From: Euprymna scolopes
Lineage: Eukaryota
Assembly (NCBI GenBank): GCA_053919585.1
Contig: CM132783.1
Direction: 5' to 3' (one strand)
DNA length: 64,000 nt
Made by a program: the position numbers and the translations under genes
Notes under the pieces: model-generated
Database searches by the model: none
Told to the model about the DNA's origin: nothing
What the model saw: only the letters and a program-made list of their open reading frames with translations
Shown here: piece by piece, positions 1 to 13,838 of the stretch
Position numbering within the stretch: position 1 is the first letter of the stretch
Layout of the letters: every line of letters begins with the position of its first letter

Positions 1-249
1 TTTTCAATATCAATAACGAGCGTGTTTTGTGACGGTGAAATCTAAAATGTTCCCACCCAAAAAAAGTTCCTGAGATAAAAAAGCCAACTTTGGTAGCTAT
101 TATTTAAAAAACATAATGTTGCCTTTAAATTAATATTTATTTTATTAATTCATTATCCTCAGTCTTTTTATTTTAAAATACAGTTTAAAATATATTCTAA
201 ATAATGATTCCATTTTCTTAACAGTACGGTTTGTTTTGATGACGGGACG

Positions 250-1600
250 TTGTTAAGAATTCACCAACAAACTTTTAATCGCTTCAATTCCTCAACTTTA
301 AAGTCATTTCCTCAAGCAAAGATAACGATTTTGAGAAAAATATTTCGTATAGGTCTTTTCTATGTCAACCCCCAACTATCATCATCATTGTCTCACCGGG
401 GTTCCAAAATTGACCTGCCCTAATGATAGAAATTTCGTTAGGAGTTTTAAATGAACTGGGAAAATTTTAGCGGAAACTTCTTTAATAGTATAGCTTGGAT
501 GAGATTAGTCCCACATGCATTTAAGTGCTTAATTTTGTTTATGATATCACGACCTGGATAGGATGAGTCTCAGATCATCGATCTCTGCATAAGAAAATCT
601 GTGAGAAAGTTGTTTGTTTGGTCTAAATTGGTGTCGGAAGCAAACAGCCGGCAAGCAGCTCAAATTTATTTATTACCAAAAAATGTTAAATTGTCTGATA
701 GTGAAGGAATTGCTTCGGTCATTATTTACTTTTATAATTTGTTCATGTATCACGAGTTCTTAATTTCCGTGACTCGATGCGTTTTCTGCCATTTTCGATA
801 TGTCGTTTCTTGACTGGGAATATTTTATCTTTGTAATTATTTCTAGCTTTCTTATACTTTTTACTTATTTCTGATAATTGTGTGCTATGCTTTATGAAAT
901 TATGAGACTGTGCAAGGAAAATTACACTATCAGGTAGAGTTGGGTTTATTTTAGGACTCCCTATGGAAAAATGTGTTCTAATTGCCACGTTGAACAATTT
1001 AGTAGGCTCAGTCGCACATTGTTCCGCATGAATAGAAAATACATGTATTACGCCATATAGCATCTTTGGTGTGACATATACAGGGTGGTCAAAAAGTCAG
1101 GTAACATTTTAAAGAAAAACGATATTAGCAATACACGTATATTTAAGTACCATACATTGAAATATAAAATGAAACAAACATTAAATATGTTTATTTTGTT
1201 AATTATCGTCCATTTCTCTCTATCAATCGCTGGAAGCGATTAACCACTGATTGTGTAACACGTGTAATCATGTCAGCTGATATCCGCGCAATCTCCTCTT
1301 CAATAAATAACATTAAAGACGCTATTGTATCAGACTTCTTGCCATAAACGCTAGCCTTTACATAGCCCCAAAGCCAGAAATCAGGAGGGGTAGTTTATAT
1401 ATTACACTCAAATATTTAAACAAATAATATTAAACGAATAGAGATTATAGTGGATCATATTGTTTTTTCTACCTTTAACATGCTACCTGACTTTTTGACC
1501 ACCCTGTAGTTGTCTTTTTGAAGTACGTTTTCGTTTTATGTTATGACTCTTCAACTTGAGATCTCGAGTTTAGGGTAAAATCTAAAAGTATCACTACGTA
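250..1600 (-). pseudogene. Heavily decayed LINE (Jockey/CR1-like) reverse-transcriptase remnants, interrupted by the mariner at 1081-1506
   Basis: Minus-strand fragments IINKIKHLNACGTNLIQAILLKKFP (resembles K..KAPG.D.I...LLK.LP), DIEKTY, YVVILLDFTLN and PKMLYG; many stops. Weak similarity only. Confidence 0.3.
1081..1506 (-). mobile_element. Internally deleted Tc1/mariner-superfamily transposon
   Basis: TIRs CAGGGTGGTCAAAAAGTCAGGTA at both ends, flanked by a TA TSD (1079-1080, 1507-1508). Minus strand ~1204-1392 encodes TPPDFWLWGYVKASVYGKK...IEEEIARIS, a mariner-type transposase C-terminus. Confidence 0.9.
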
Positions 1601-1849
1601 ATAAGCATTCCCGGATGGGAAATAGTAAAATGATACACACTCTTCGGAAACTGCATTCAGAAATAGGCCCAGAAGTGAAACCTGCTGACTCTATGTATCT
1701 GGGAGACATGTCGTGGGTATCACTGTCTGATTAAGGGAATGGGATATATAATAGAAAAGTTATTTGTGATGCTACCAGCTAGGTCTGTGTAATTAGTCAA
1801 CTTGGAGAAGAGAAATTACAGGTGAGCTCTAATTAGCTTACTAACACTA

Positions 1850-2620
1850 GGTTTAGTTTAAAGGTGTGTTTGCCCGATACTAGTTTGCGTTTCATAGAAA
1901 ATGTGGAGCGTTTTTCCAATGTAGACTCCAAGTTCGGCATATGCGTTAATCCTAAGAGTAACAATAAAGATAATCAGTCATATTTAATATGTCAGGCTTG
2001 GAGGCCAGTTTTGCTCAGTGCAAAAATATCCAGAGTGTTTGCTAGAAGAAACGATCCTCAATCGTCTACGTTTGTGTTTAGTACATCGACATTAGTGAAT
2101 GCAAGCATCAAGAAATGAAACGAATTCGTAGTTTTAATGTGCGTGTTGTTTGATCGTATATTTTATTTAGCTTAGATTTTGTAAATAAGCTTATGTTTTA
2201 AAGTTGGACAAAGTACATGCACATAATATACAGTATGGCAACACAAGCAGATCGCCATTCGACTCTTTAACCACAGAATTGTGATCTCGACAAAGCATAC
2301 CAAAGGTGAGTGCAGTGCCTCTTTCTATGCGTGACTTGGTGCTACAAACATTCTGATTTTATGCTATTGATGATAAATCAGCGGCTTTAAATGCTAATAC
2401 AGATGACCTCATTACTGGCAGTATATAGTAACCAGGCAAACTGGCAAATCGGTGCCATAGAACGTGTTAGACAAGAGTAGCCAACTAAATCATGTGAACA
2501 TATGTAGCGATCAAGCATAACCAAGATGTTCAGCTATGAGAAGGAAATGTAGCGGAGTTTGAGCTACAGTGTCTCTTTTCCTTGTCGGGAAACATAGGCA
2601 AAGTTCGTAAAGGACGTAAA
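1850..2620 (+). pseudogene. Possible decayed Gypsy gag region belonging to the integrase at 6270-7290
   Basis: Weak resemblance (LRFIENVERF, FARR) to gag of that Gypsy lineage; same orientation as, and upstream of, the integrase. Confidence 0.2.
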
Positions 2621-2639
2621 TTGTTTTTCACTCTGTTAC

Positions 2640-5405
2640 AAAATTATCAAATCATTAACTGCCATCTTTCTTACAAGAGAAATTTAAAATATCTTTACAA
2701 AGCAGAAGAAATTCAATAAACATTGTAAATAAAGGTAAATGTTCAACAGTAAATTCCACTTTTATTTTGGTCGTTGCCGCTTTTAAAAAAATTACTGAAT
2801 CTTTTCTAATCTCATCTGTAGAACGTTTTTGCTTGTTGTTATAGAATATATTTATAACAATTTTTGTTGCAAATTTATGCACTTTTTCAATGTGTTTCTC
2901 ACATGTAAATACATACTCTGGCAAATATTTTTAAAATTATTTCTGCAGACTTCCTAGTTGTATACTGACCCTGTTTTTCAATGAATTGAGAAGAAAAATC
3001 CAAAATTGCAAAACTAGAAGGAATAAATTCAGCAATCCGAGTGGATGGAATTGTAAACCCTCCTCGAAATAATAAATTAAGATAATTATTCTCAGTGATC
3101 TCCGTATCATTGCCAACCATAAAAGTAGAACAAATATCACAGTTAAAGCGCTTCAAAAGTTTTTTTTTTTTTTAACATAACCAGCAATTGAATATGCTAC
3201 TTCTTTGCTGTCAGGTGATAAACATAGTTCATTTATTTCTGACTCATGTTTGGACAAAATATCAAGAAGATTACTATTATGTTCACTCTTTGACAATGGA
3301 TTGAGGTTTTCATGCCAGATTTTAATATTTTTTAAAAGGGATCTACAGATTAAAATCTTTTCACTGCTTTAAATCTCACAAAGACTCACTAAAAATCTCC
3401 CTCCGCTCATTTGACGATACTGTGAAAATCGCTTTTCAAGGGGATCACTTTGAAATCTACGAGAGAGAATATATTCATACCCATCATTCAGTAGTTCTTT
3501 CATAAGTATTGCTTGTGCTCTCAAAGTTGTGACAAATGCTTTGCTAGTCTGTGCAGTGGGGCAAAAGTCAGAAATTTTTGACCAAGAGTCGACCCAGTTA
3601 GAAAATATTTGGTAACAGTTGATTTTATCATCACTTGCAGTAACCGCATTATTAAAAAAAGTAGGGATATCTCTTTGATTAGAATTGGCTATAGTCCACC
3701 AGGACCATATCAATTTAAGAGAATTTGCAATGTCGGTCCGTTCTGGAAAGTAACTTCTACAAGCAGCAATTGTTGTCTCGTGGGTGGAATGCAGCAATAG
3801 CCAAATTGACACGTTACTTATTGTCACCGGGATGTAATGCCTTAAAAGTTAGTTTTGATGCTTTTCGTAATGTAGCATCCAAAAACCTGTCCTTGTCATA
3901 TATTTTATGTATATCAGACCAAGATAAAACTCCTGACTGGGAACACAAATGAAGGTCCAAAATATTGAAATCTAAAGAAGGAAACACAAATTGGTTTTGT
4001 TTAGTAAACTGTTTCGAATATTCTTTAACAATTGAACAGTGTCAAAAAAGACAATAAAATTGTTTGAAGAATCTGGATAAATAATAAAATGTTTTTATCT
4101 CCTTTTAAATTGTTTAATAAAATTTTAAAGGCATATACATTTGCAGAATGGTTGTCTGCAACTACAGCCCTTATATTAAATCCTGCATTTAAAAGCTGTA
4201 CAATGCATGCAATTATCTCCTGAAAGAGCCAGTCACAATAACAGACACTTCAGAAAAGACTTTAACTACAGTTGGCACTGTCTCCTTCAACCCTAAAATT
4301 GGAGGTTCTGCTACAATGTTTTGAATATAAGAAAGGAAATTTTCGAACATACTTTACCTTGTAAGTTTTTCATTGTGACCCTTCACAAACTAATGTGGTA
4401 ATGTAATTGAATTCCCATAATACTGAAGTTGAACGTGTAAATTGTTGTCAATCCGAATGCACTCTTTCAGTAATAGAAAATTTGTCTCAAAATCCATCTG
4501 GAAAATCCATATATATTTTTCATTATTTTTTTTAAACTGAAACCAGTGGAGCAACACTTTGCCTCTTCCAAATCTTCAAAACTCATAATAATGTCTGCTA
4601 AAAGAAAATATGGTAGTTCATCATCTTGGTAATTTCTATCCGTTGGGGCTTTTCTTATTGTGTTTTATGTAGGTAGAAGAGATGGCTTAATATTCACTAA
4701 CGGTGAATGAAATGTTGATATTGGATGTACGGACCAATTTAACTTATTTCTTTTCCCTTCTAAAATAATATTTTTCTCAAAATGTTTTATACATAAAACT
4801 GAATTTTTAATTGCAATCCAATCGGCAAGATTTACAAATTTTGTCCATTTTTACAACAGGTCGGTTTTGCCATGTGGAAAATTAAAGGTTGATAGATTTT
4901 CGTGGTATTTATAACCAGTTTTGCAGCCAAATGCAATGCATTTGTTCACCATTTTGTTAAGAAAATTATAACAAAATTAAACAATATTTTAAAAAAGATA
5001 ATATATATTTTTTTTACAATATTTAAAACGGGTAGAAAAATTAAACAAGTAGAGATCGTAAAAATGGGTGTAAACATGAAGATCGCTTACACCTTTGAAA
5101 AAAGTCAAGGGAGGTTACTCTATTGTACTTTTGTTCTGTAAATTAACATGAATAAAAGCGGCGAAAAACATTTTATATGGATAAAAACATGTATTTTAAG
5201 ATTTAAATAATATAAAACATGTAAATAAAAGTTTATCATTCATTATTTTAAGAGTTAATGTAAACTACTTTTCAGTTACTTACCTTTGACATTTTCAACA
5301 TTGTATGCGGCTCAAGCTTACACAGTTTTCCATAATAAAAACAATGGCCTCTTAGAAACGTGTCCTCTCATGTAACATACGGGGATGTGTATATAGTTGG
5401 CCATG
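2640..5405 (-). mobile_element. P-element/THAP9-type DNA transposon, decayed
   Basis: From ATG at 4952, a THAP domain MVNKCIAFGCKTGY...FNFP...KWTKFVN...SVLCIKHFE. Catalytic region LSRRFQSDPLEKRFSQYRQMSGGRFLVSL (ORF 3369-3827); C-terminal LFRGGFTIPS and FTCEKH. Putative terminus CATGGCCAACTATATACAC at 5405; the other end was not found. Stops and frameshifts throughout. Confidence 0.88.
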
Positions 5406-6269
5406 ATGGTGTAAGTTTGTTTTTATTAATTAGATTAAAAGAAAGAATAAAATGTGGTTAGTAGATTAATAGATGTATTATATAGTTTTAATGTTTGTGT
5501 CGAAAATAAATAAGAAAAACTGAAATGAAAGTAAATGTCGTCAATAATGATGTGAAAATTGCTATTAATAAATATATGAAACATATGATCTCATTGATGT
5601 TATTTTTATTTTTTCGGTGTTTCCATAGTTAAATGCCTTATTTAATCTTCAATGTGAATCAAGTCAAATGCATTCATGTTCGATTGAACTTGTCAGAAAC
5701 CCATTATTCTGGATGAAAAATTGACATCGGATTTACGTTGCATTTGGGGAGCTTAATCCAAATTGGGTCTGACTTGTTGTTTACTGCCATATTTTTGCTA
5801 CTGATTTGTATTTATTTTGCAGAAAGTATTGGGTTTTTTGCGCATTCCAATACGTTTGTTTGCATGTGATTGCTGTAGTCTTTAATAGTTTGCATACGCA
5901 TATTGACATAAATTACATTGTATATTGTATTTTTTAATTATCTTCCACCGATACCTGTTTTGCCGTAGTTTCGGTTCATCAGCGCGGATAATTATATTCA
6001 ATTTCGATGGAGCAATCACATACTCTGTGTCCGGATGTTTTATCACTACACTAGGAAGACTGTGATCGAATTGCATGCTTGTTCATCGCCTTAGATTTAT
6101 TTTTTTGTTTTTTTCTTTATTTTTTCAGCGAGGAGTATTCTCGATATGAATTACTACCCCTAGAAGTTTAGTGGGAAATCGTATTTCTTTACAAGTAATT
6201 TGCGTATTATGAGATATTTCTAATTTTATGTTGACTTAATGAATAGGTCATATTAGAATTACTAACTTG

Positions 6270-7290
6270 ATTTTACACCAATATGGGTAATGTACTACTT
6301 ATTTTGCCAGAGGATTTTTCCCTGATACGACGAATACAGCAAATAAAAATGTGTGACGAATGCCAGCCTATAGACCCAGTGCCCGTCCACTGAGTGAAGA
6401 GAAATTACAGGTGAGTTCTGATTAACAGCAGTTGGGGATGGTCATTGCGCACTACGGTGCTTACCATTTTCTACTTATTACAGACTGTAGCCCATCGCGA
6501 TTTTCAGTGTAGAGGCAGTAAACACGGCAGAACCCAGCAAGCCGTATTCTGGGAAAGGAAGTGGTCTTTTGTGAACGTGGCCCATCACAGAAACTACTCA
6601 CAGATAATGGTATAGTCAGCAAGGAATCCAGCACATTCGCAGACAATTGGAGCGTGGAGCCGATATGTCATTGCGTATATTCCCCAGTCGTGAATGGCAT
6701 AGCTAAGCGGTGCTTAGTACTTGTGAACTGAATCGTAGCCAAAATGTGTTGTAATATAGTAGAGGCTTTTTAGTGGTACAATGTGACCTCCCAAAACAGT
6801 GAATCCTATTTGACTACATTAGCCGGTATCATTTACATTTACGAGGTCCGCGTGTAAGAAGTTGCTTTATGCATTCATCGGCAGGTCCTGAGCAAAGTCT
6901 CTACTAAGTTGGCGACAGCATTTGTCTGAAGGCACAAGAAAGTCAATGCCCGATCAAGTTTGGCTAGGGTCGGGTAATTGAAATAATTAGTCCACAATCG
7001 GTTTTGGTAAATGGGATGAGCCGACAGGTAAAGGACCTGCACCCCCATTTTGAGTGTTCTGTCATCAGAAGAATCTGGCAGCATAGCATCTTCAGAAAGC
7101 GGGCCAAATATATTCGTATAAAATGACGCAACAGAACCGGATGATTTTCACGAGAAAGAAGTGGAAGCGCATGCTTCCGATGAAGTAAACAGTTCTGACA
7201 AAAGCCTCATTTCTATGGCGAAGTACCCAACGAAAACTACTGCTTCCCTGATGGCGCCTGTGGGATCATAAGACAATGGAGGGGTATGAC
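6270..7290 (+). pseudogene. Ty3/Gypsy integrase remnant with polypurine tract; 3' LTR probably starts ~7287
   Basis: Frame-hopping translation CDECQPIDP...GMVIAHYG...TDCSPSRFS...VFCERGP..LLTDNG...NGIAKRC...WYNVT gives a zinc-finger remnant plus rve core. It ends LWRSTQRK and is followed by purine-rich ATGGAGGGGTA then TG. Confidence 0.8.
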
Positions 7291-7484
7291 AACACTTAAC
7301 AGACACAGCTATAAGCGCCCATGTTTGACGCGTTCTCACTGTATAGACGCACTGATATTCGAGCTTGAAATCCGTTCGGCGAAAAATAAGACTCTGACAA
7401 ACCTTTTTTTTTACATTCGTAAACCAAATAAAACACCTTGGCAGTATCACAAATAAGATAATAATGGCCATTAATAAGCTGGCA

Positions 7485-9253
7485 CACGATCCACTTATAC
7501 TTATGACCACATATCATTCACAGGCTGATTTCTGACAGGATGATATGAATTGAAACTAAAAATTATCAACCGGTTGATCGCTTAGGTATTACACATTTAA
7601 GGTGGAAAAAATTAACGAATTACGCTTTTTAAAGTAAATAATTTATAAATTTGAAGAGACTTTATCAAAATTTATGCACATTTTTAAACATGTTATCAAT
7701 AATAAAATGTTTTCGTTTTTGAAACTTTATATAATAATTTTTTGCTAGCGCATTAATTACATTTATTCAATTTTGAAGATTAATTTGTATCACAAAAAAA
7801 CGGTTAAGAAAAGTATGGCAATTGATTGTTCTAACAGAAATTTAAAAAAATCTCCACATTTTCTTCCTTTTGATAAAGCCGATCTTAACGAAATCTTGGT
7901 AGAATTTGTTAGTCGACATACTTTTTCCAACGAAATATTCATTTCTTTGTATAAAGCATATTTTGAGAGGAAAAAAAAATCAAATTGAAATTCATAAGTA
8001 TACAATAAATACATTCAGAAAAAATAATAAAATTGATTTTTACCGAATTCAACAAATTTTAGTAAATTCTAAAGAAAAGACGGATTGAAAAGATAAATTG
8101 GGATTTTTTTCAACTGACACTAAAACGGATTTTACCCTATACACTGTGAGATCTTGTCCCTCTGGGTTGTAATTTAAAAACTTGAAAATTATATTCTACT
8201 TTATAAAATAGTTTTCGACCTTGAACCACATTTTTATCTATAAAGTTATATGTTCGTATTGACCGAAATATTCATGTGCAGATGCAAAGCAAGGAACCTC
8301 TATATTACCAGAATAAAGTATATATGAAGTAATGCTAAACTTACAAAATTTAGCATGTTAGAAAAGTTTTAAACTTACATGTAAAACTTAGTTGAAGAAC
8401 AACACTCGCTTTGGAACGATTTAGTAAATAGACATTATAATCAAACAAAAGACTGTCGTCCATTTTCTGCAGACCTAATAAGTGATGCCTTACTATTGAG
8501 TTATAAATCAAGGGAAGCATATGAATTACTTCTGGGGAAATGTCCAGTACAATCTTTTATTCATTCGAAAAAAAATCAAACATTTGGATTAGGATCAATG
8601 TTAGTAATAAAATTTTAAGACAAAGGTCATTTTTTCTAAAGACTGTTATATTAATTGATGAAATATACCTTAAAATGTACACAATATGATGGGGGGAGTG
8701 TGTAGGTGCATTTGAAAATGAGTTTTCTAAAGCAATACTATTATTGTTAAAGTATGTTCTGACGTAAGAGTAAGTTGTAGGAAGTTTTCTCAAAAAATCC
8801 TAAAACCTATTTTGCAACTGATAAAGTCAGAATATTGTAATCGGGCTGTTGTTCCAGACAATGATTCCGTTTTACACGTTTTACTTGATTACTTGTAGGA
8901 GGGCAAACGCATTATGTGTTAGCAAAAGTATATAATATAGTTTCACTAAAAAATCGCTTACATAATAAGAAAAGAATTCAAGCAAGATTCCTTTTGATCG
9001 GTGATTATTTATTCGTTTAATTTTATCATACATGTAAGTGTTGAACACATGTTTAGAAACTAAAATAGGTTTTGATAAATTATCTTGAAATTTATAAATT
9101 ATTTACGTTAAAAATACGTAATTCTTACGCGTTTTTAATTTTTAGTTAACTAAGCAGTATATTTGTTGGTCAATTTTTGTTTAATTTAAATCAATATGTT
9201 AGGAATCAGCTTGGAAATGTGACGTATGTCGCCATATGTATGGGGGGGCCGTG
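7485..9253 (+). mobile_element. Second P-element/THAP9-type transposon, internally deleted, with long imperfect TIRs
   Basis: 7485-7700 is an imperfect reverse complement of ~9030-9253 (shared GAATTACG...GTAAATAATTTATAAATTT). THAP remnant FPTKYSFLCIKH at ~7920-7960; transposase N-terminal remnants RPFSADLISDALLLSYKSREAYELLL and IDEIYL.KCTQYDGG.CVGA at ~8455-8715. Confidence 0.78.
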
Positions 9254-9399
9254 GCCGAACAAAAATAAATCAGGAAACTCAACAAGAAAACAAGGTAAGT
9301 TCTGACCATGAACAGTGCATTAATTTAAAAATATAATACTGACAAATCACTGAGCAAAGTTTAAAAAGAAGAATATGACTGTTTAACATAGAAGACTGT

Positions 9400-9800
9400 G
9401 TGAATTGCAGGGAAATAATAAAAAAAATATAAAACGCAGAACAGGGAAAAGCAACCAAGTAAAGGCAGAAACATTATAAAATTAATAGGGCAAAGCATGC
9501 AAGAGCAATGGAAAATATTAAAAGAATGGAAAAATATTAAAATAAAAAGCAACATTGCGATTCGTAAAAATAAAAAAATGAGACTCACGAAATCACTTGG
9601 ACATGGCTACAAAAATATCAACTAAACACATGAACATTATCGTTAAAAATACGTCACAATATAGCGCGATTAGAACGAACTATATCAAAGCAAAAGGTGA
9701 AAATAAACAACGATACAGCAAATGTAAACACAATAGATAAAGCTATAGATCATATCAAAAATGTATGCAAAAAAGAATATAAGAATAGACATTGCCATAA
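9400..9800 (+). pseudogene. R4/Dong-like (restriction-like endonuclease) non-LTR retrotransposon fragment
   Basis: Decayed TWTWLQK...AIRTNYIKAK...SKC...KEYKNRH, typical of the region preceding and including the CCHC motif of R4/Dong elements. Confidence 0.55.
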
Positions 9801-9809
9801 TAAGCAAGG

Positions 9810-10620
9810 TCATCTGTTGACATCTATGCCAACACTTTAAAAGCCATCATTGATCAAGATTACTCTCTGCTCCGAGCTTGAGCACGTGTTGCAATTAGAT
9901 AAAAGGCGGCTGGTAAATTTTAACGTACCATAGACCAAGCTTCTACTTTTTCACTAGAGACGTTCTGATGAACACTTCGCCCAAATTGAAATCCAGGAAT
10001 ATTATCTCGGCGATGCATTCTGTTTCGATAAGCTTCTGAAACATATTCACAGCAATAGTTGCAAGAGATATAGTTACATAATAATACTGCTCCAGTAAGT
10101 ATTGCACACCAGACGTAACCCTCTTCTTGTGTGAGAGCCAGATACGCCCTTAAATGGAGTATTATTCTGTCGTTTACAGGAGTGATGTGTTCAGAACACT
10201 CTTTTCTGCTTTGGCACGGTTCAGAACCGTCTTGGAAATCGGTATACTGAGTTTTACTTTACAGTCCCTGGTTTTCAAAACATTATATATAAACACACGA
10301 TTTGTTACACAACCTGCCAACACCTTCCCTCACTTTTTGTCTGTGTCAAGATCAAAATGCAAATTGCATGAACAAAGTTCTTTTCCCAGGACTTATCAAC
10401 TATAAAACACCGTAACGGGGATTTTGTTAAACCTTTCTAAAGCATAAAATTCTTCAAGTCTAATGTAAACAATATCTTGCCGAGTTGTCTCCTTAACTAA
10501 TCAAATTCTAATTCAATATCCACAACTACCGACACTATGAGAACACTTTAATAGCTACTAGACACTACCCTCGAGTGTCTAAGGTCTCTCTGTACAGGGA
10601 TGAGTCAGAACAACCTGGCT
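9810..10620 (+). pseudogene. Decayed CR1-group LINE 3' portion, same family as 24589-26069
   Basis: Nucleotide and peptide similarity to the 24.6-26 kb copy (GTTGACATCTATGC, CTGGT..TTTAA, CATGAACAAAG.TTCTTT). Confidence 0.7.
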
Positions 10621-11895
10621 TGGGAACAGTCTCCCTAAAAGTAAACCCTGACAAAATATTCAGAATCACATAGTATTCGCTGCCCAAATAAGATCTCCTA
10701 ACTATGGGTAATTTACATTAGTTTTTACGAGGAGTGGTACACTTTATCCAAGTGAAATTACCTCAAGTAATAGCAGGAAGCTGGATACTCCACCAGACCT
10801 GATAAATTGTTGTCTTGTTACCCAGTAAAACCAGGAGACCAAAACGAAAAAATATATAATAGAATAGAATAAAATATAAATAGGTTAATTCAGGAAGGAA
10901 AAAATATGTTCTCAATTTCGTTGCTAACTTGGAGTTTCAGCGATAAATGGAACCTTCGAATATCTATGTATCTCATATAGAGTGCAAGTGTTAGCCCTAT
11001 GTAGTGGGTCCGTTGATATCTGAGAACGTCCACTGAAGTAAAATAAAACAAAACACTGAGTTACACTGATATCCTCATACGTATAAACCCTTATCCTTGA
11101 GTGGCCTTCAGTTCTTGACAATTGGTTTGTAAAAGAAAGCAAACTCCCTGATTTTAATACGATGCCAAGCTCAGTCCAGATTCTCATATATTATTCTAAC
11201 AATTTTCCTAATCAGATTCTTAAGTAGAAGGATAGGAGATTTGTATCTAATGTCTCTTAAGTGTAATGAATATATACTCTACATTAATCGACATCTTTAT
11301 AAGAAATCCTCTAAGTTTGTTCAGCAAATGACGTTCTAATATTGGCATAATGCAGTCGGGATTGATCGTTTAAATGTTATTCCCGGAATAATGAACAACC
11401 GCAGGCAATTGTAAACGGTTTCTCGTCCGCGTCTTTGTTTTATAATTGAATATTTAATCTCGGGACTTACTGAGACCGAAAAGCAAATTTGAATGGCTAA
11501 GCTTCGTATAGATATGAAAACTACATAGCACATGATGTATAAAGACGACGCTGTATTTGATATTAAAGAGAAATAACTAATCAGATTGGGTAGAAAAGGT
11601 GGCAGGTGGTGATTATGAACATTTAATATTAAGTTATGTATAATTCCGGAAATTATTTTTATTACTTTCCTCTTCATTTTCTTATCTTTGAAAATTCATT
11701 AAATGTAAAGAGTATGTATTTTTATACCATTTTTATATATGAAGAATTTAGTATATTAACAGTCTTACATATAAGATAGTGAAGTTTAATGTAAAAACAA
11801 ATAATCATATTTAGTCGTACCTTTAAGAGTAGAAACTGTTGAATGAAGCTAAAAGTGTCCTTTTTTATAGCTCAGTAATACTTTTATGTTAATTA

Positions 11896-11945
<50 letters not shown>

Positions 11946-12084
11946 TTATGAATAGCTGGAGGCATTTCGAAATATTATAATTCGTTGCATACTTGTCAAA
12001 TAGGAAAATATGTTAAGAGAGAAACAATTATATGTATATATATATACATATGCAATTTTATATATGTATGAATGCAATATTTAA

Positions 12085-12115
<31 letters not shown>

Positions 12116-12780
12116 CTAGCAAAAGTACCCGTCGTTGACTAGATTAAAAAATAACCTACAGAAAATGGACTGATTTATGAAAGTATGATAGGTTATGAAA
12201 AGGAAGGGTTGTAAAGACATAGCTTCGAATTTGGGGATATCAAAACTAAAGTAAAATATTAGGAAAGTAAAAATAAAATAGATAAACCCTATAATTTATT
12301 ATACCATACCTGTTCATACTGAAACACTTATCACAATATTATGTGGATCTATATTAAAAAACCATGTTAAACATTGTGACATATTTCTATTCTATGGAGG
12401 TCAGGCGCGAACGAACACATCATAATTTTATTATACCATATTTCTTCAAACCGAAACTTAATTATCAAAGTATACTTACGCAGATAGATATGAAAAGTCT
12501 TTATTAGTGTGTCTATGTCCATTCTAGTGAGGCCAGGCGCGAACGCAGACCCCACAATTTTATTATACTATCCCTATTTAAGTTTAAACATACTTATCAA
12601 AGTGTAATTATGTACATCAATATCAAAAACACTTGTAAACGTATTTTTTAATTTTTTAAATTTTTTTCCATACTTTGTGGACCAGGTGCGAATGCAGACC
12701 CCACAATTTTCATGAAGCACTGTTCTGCCAGATCCAACATACCCATTGCTGTGGCTCGATACATCTATTATTATATGTAA
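12116..12780 (-). mobile_element. Non-autonomous Helitron-like element with ~3 internal degenerate repeats
   Basis: A|CTAG terminus at 12116 inside (TA)n with a degenerate subterminal hairpin. Internal repeats CAGGCGCGAACG...CACAATTTT at ~12400, 12533 and 12682. Confidence 0.55.
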
Positions 12781-12944
12781 TCAGTTTTTAAAAATAATCA
12801 ACCATATAGCAGCNNNNNNNNNNNNNNNNNNNNNNNNNNNNNNNNNNNNNNNNNNNNNNNNNNNNNNNNNNNNNNNNNNNNNNNNNNNNNNNNNNNNNNN
12901 NNNNNNNNNNNNNNNNNNNNNNNNNNNNNNNNNNNNNNNNNNNN

Positions 12945-13035
12945 CCGGGAGTAATTGCGCCAACTAAATAAAGTGCCATTTATATGCGTGATTGCCAAAG
13001 GAATCCTTTTTGCTAGATGGTGCAATTACGCCGGA
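12945..13035. repeat. Small inverted-repeat (MITE-like) element between two N gaps
   Basis: CCGGGAGTAATTGCGCCAACT versus AGATGGTGCAATTACGCCGG, ~20-bp imperfect inverted repeats. Confidence 0.45.
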
Positions 13036-13573
13036 CTTGTNNNNNNNNNNNNNNNNNNNNNNNNNNNNNNNNNNNNNNNNNNNNNNNNNNNNNNNNNNNN
13101 NNNNNNNNNNNNNNNNNNNNNNNNNNNNNNNNNNNNNNNNNNNNNNNNNNNNNNNNNNNNNNNNNNNNNNNNNNNNNNNNNNNNNNNNNNNNNNNNNNNN
13201 NNNNNNNNNNNNNNNNNNNNNNNNNNNNNNNNNNNNNNNNNNNNNNNNNNNNNNNNNNNNNNNNNNNNNNNNNNNNNNNNNNNNNNNNNNNNNNNNNNNN
13301 NNNNNNNNNNNNNNNNNNNNNNNNNNNNNNNNTAAACGTGTGTGTATATATATGTGTGTATATATATACATATACACACATCTATATATATACACACGTT
13401 TATANNNNNNNNNNNNNNNNNNNNNNNNNNNNNNNNNNNNNNNNNNNNNNNNNNNNNNNNNNNNNNNNNNNNNNNNNNNNNNNNNNNNNNNNNNNNNNNN
13501 NNNNNNNNNNNNNNNNNNNNNNNNNNNNNNNNNNNNNNNNNNNNNNNNNNNNNNNCCAATGAAAACTGTTTAA

Positions 13574-13838
13574 AGCAGAACCCCAGGACACGGTATTAAT
13601 CCGTTCCTGGCTGGTAAAATCACCGTATGACGGGATCTAAGTAACATTTTATACAGTACATATTAAAAATTAGTAACAAAGTACAGTACAGTATATACTA
13701 CACATACAATCAAATAACATTATAAATAGCACCGTAAGACAGGGCAAATGCCGTAACTAAGGACCTAAAACATCATATTCCACATCGTAAACTTAAAAGT
13801 AAAGGTATCCCGTGGCCATTATATCCTGGGGTTTAGCT
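13574..13838. mobile_element. MITE, possibly Kolobok-like
   Basis: TTAA|AGCAGAACCCCAGGA at the left and TCCTGGGGTTTAGCT at the right; the right TTAA is not preserved. Confidence 0.4.

Noticed and set aside
2655-4952. Domesticated THAP9 host gene
   Set aside because: In-frame stops and frameshifts, including a stop inside the THAP domain, indicate a dead transposon.
5960-5990. Minus-strand CTGATGA-ACC-GAAA hammerhead-like core
   Set aside because: No stem II and no convincing stems I or III.
1805-6416. Repeated GAAGAGAAATTACAG|GTGAG at ~1807 and ~6396 as duplicated micro-exon donors
   Set aside because: The 6396 copy lies within Gypsy integrase coding sequence and no coherent exon chain is visible; the second copy remains unexplained.
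12746-13599. ORFs with long X runs (also near 26.7, 27.5 and 40.5 kb)
   Set aside because: Artefacts of N gaps.
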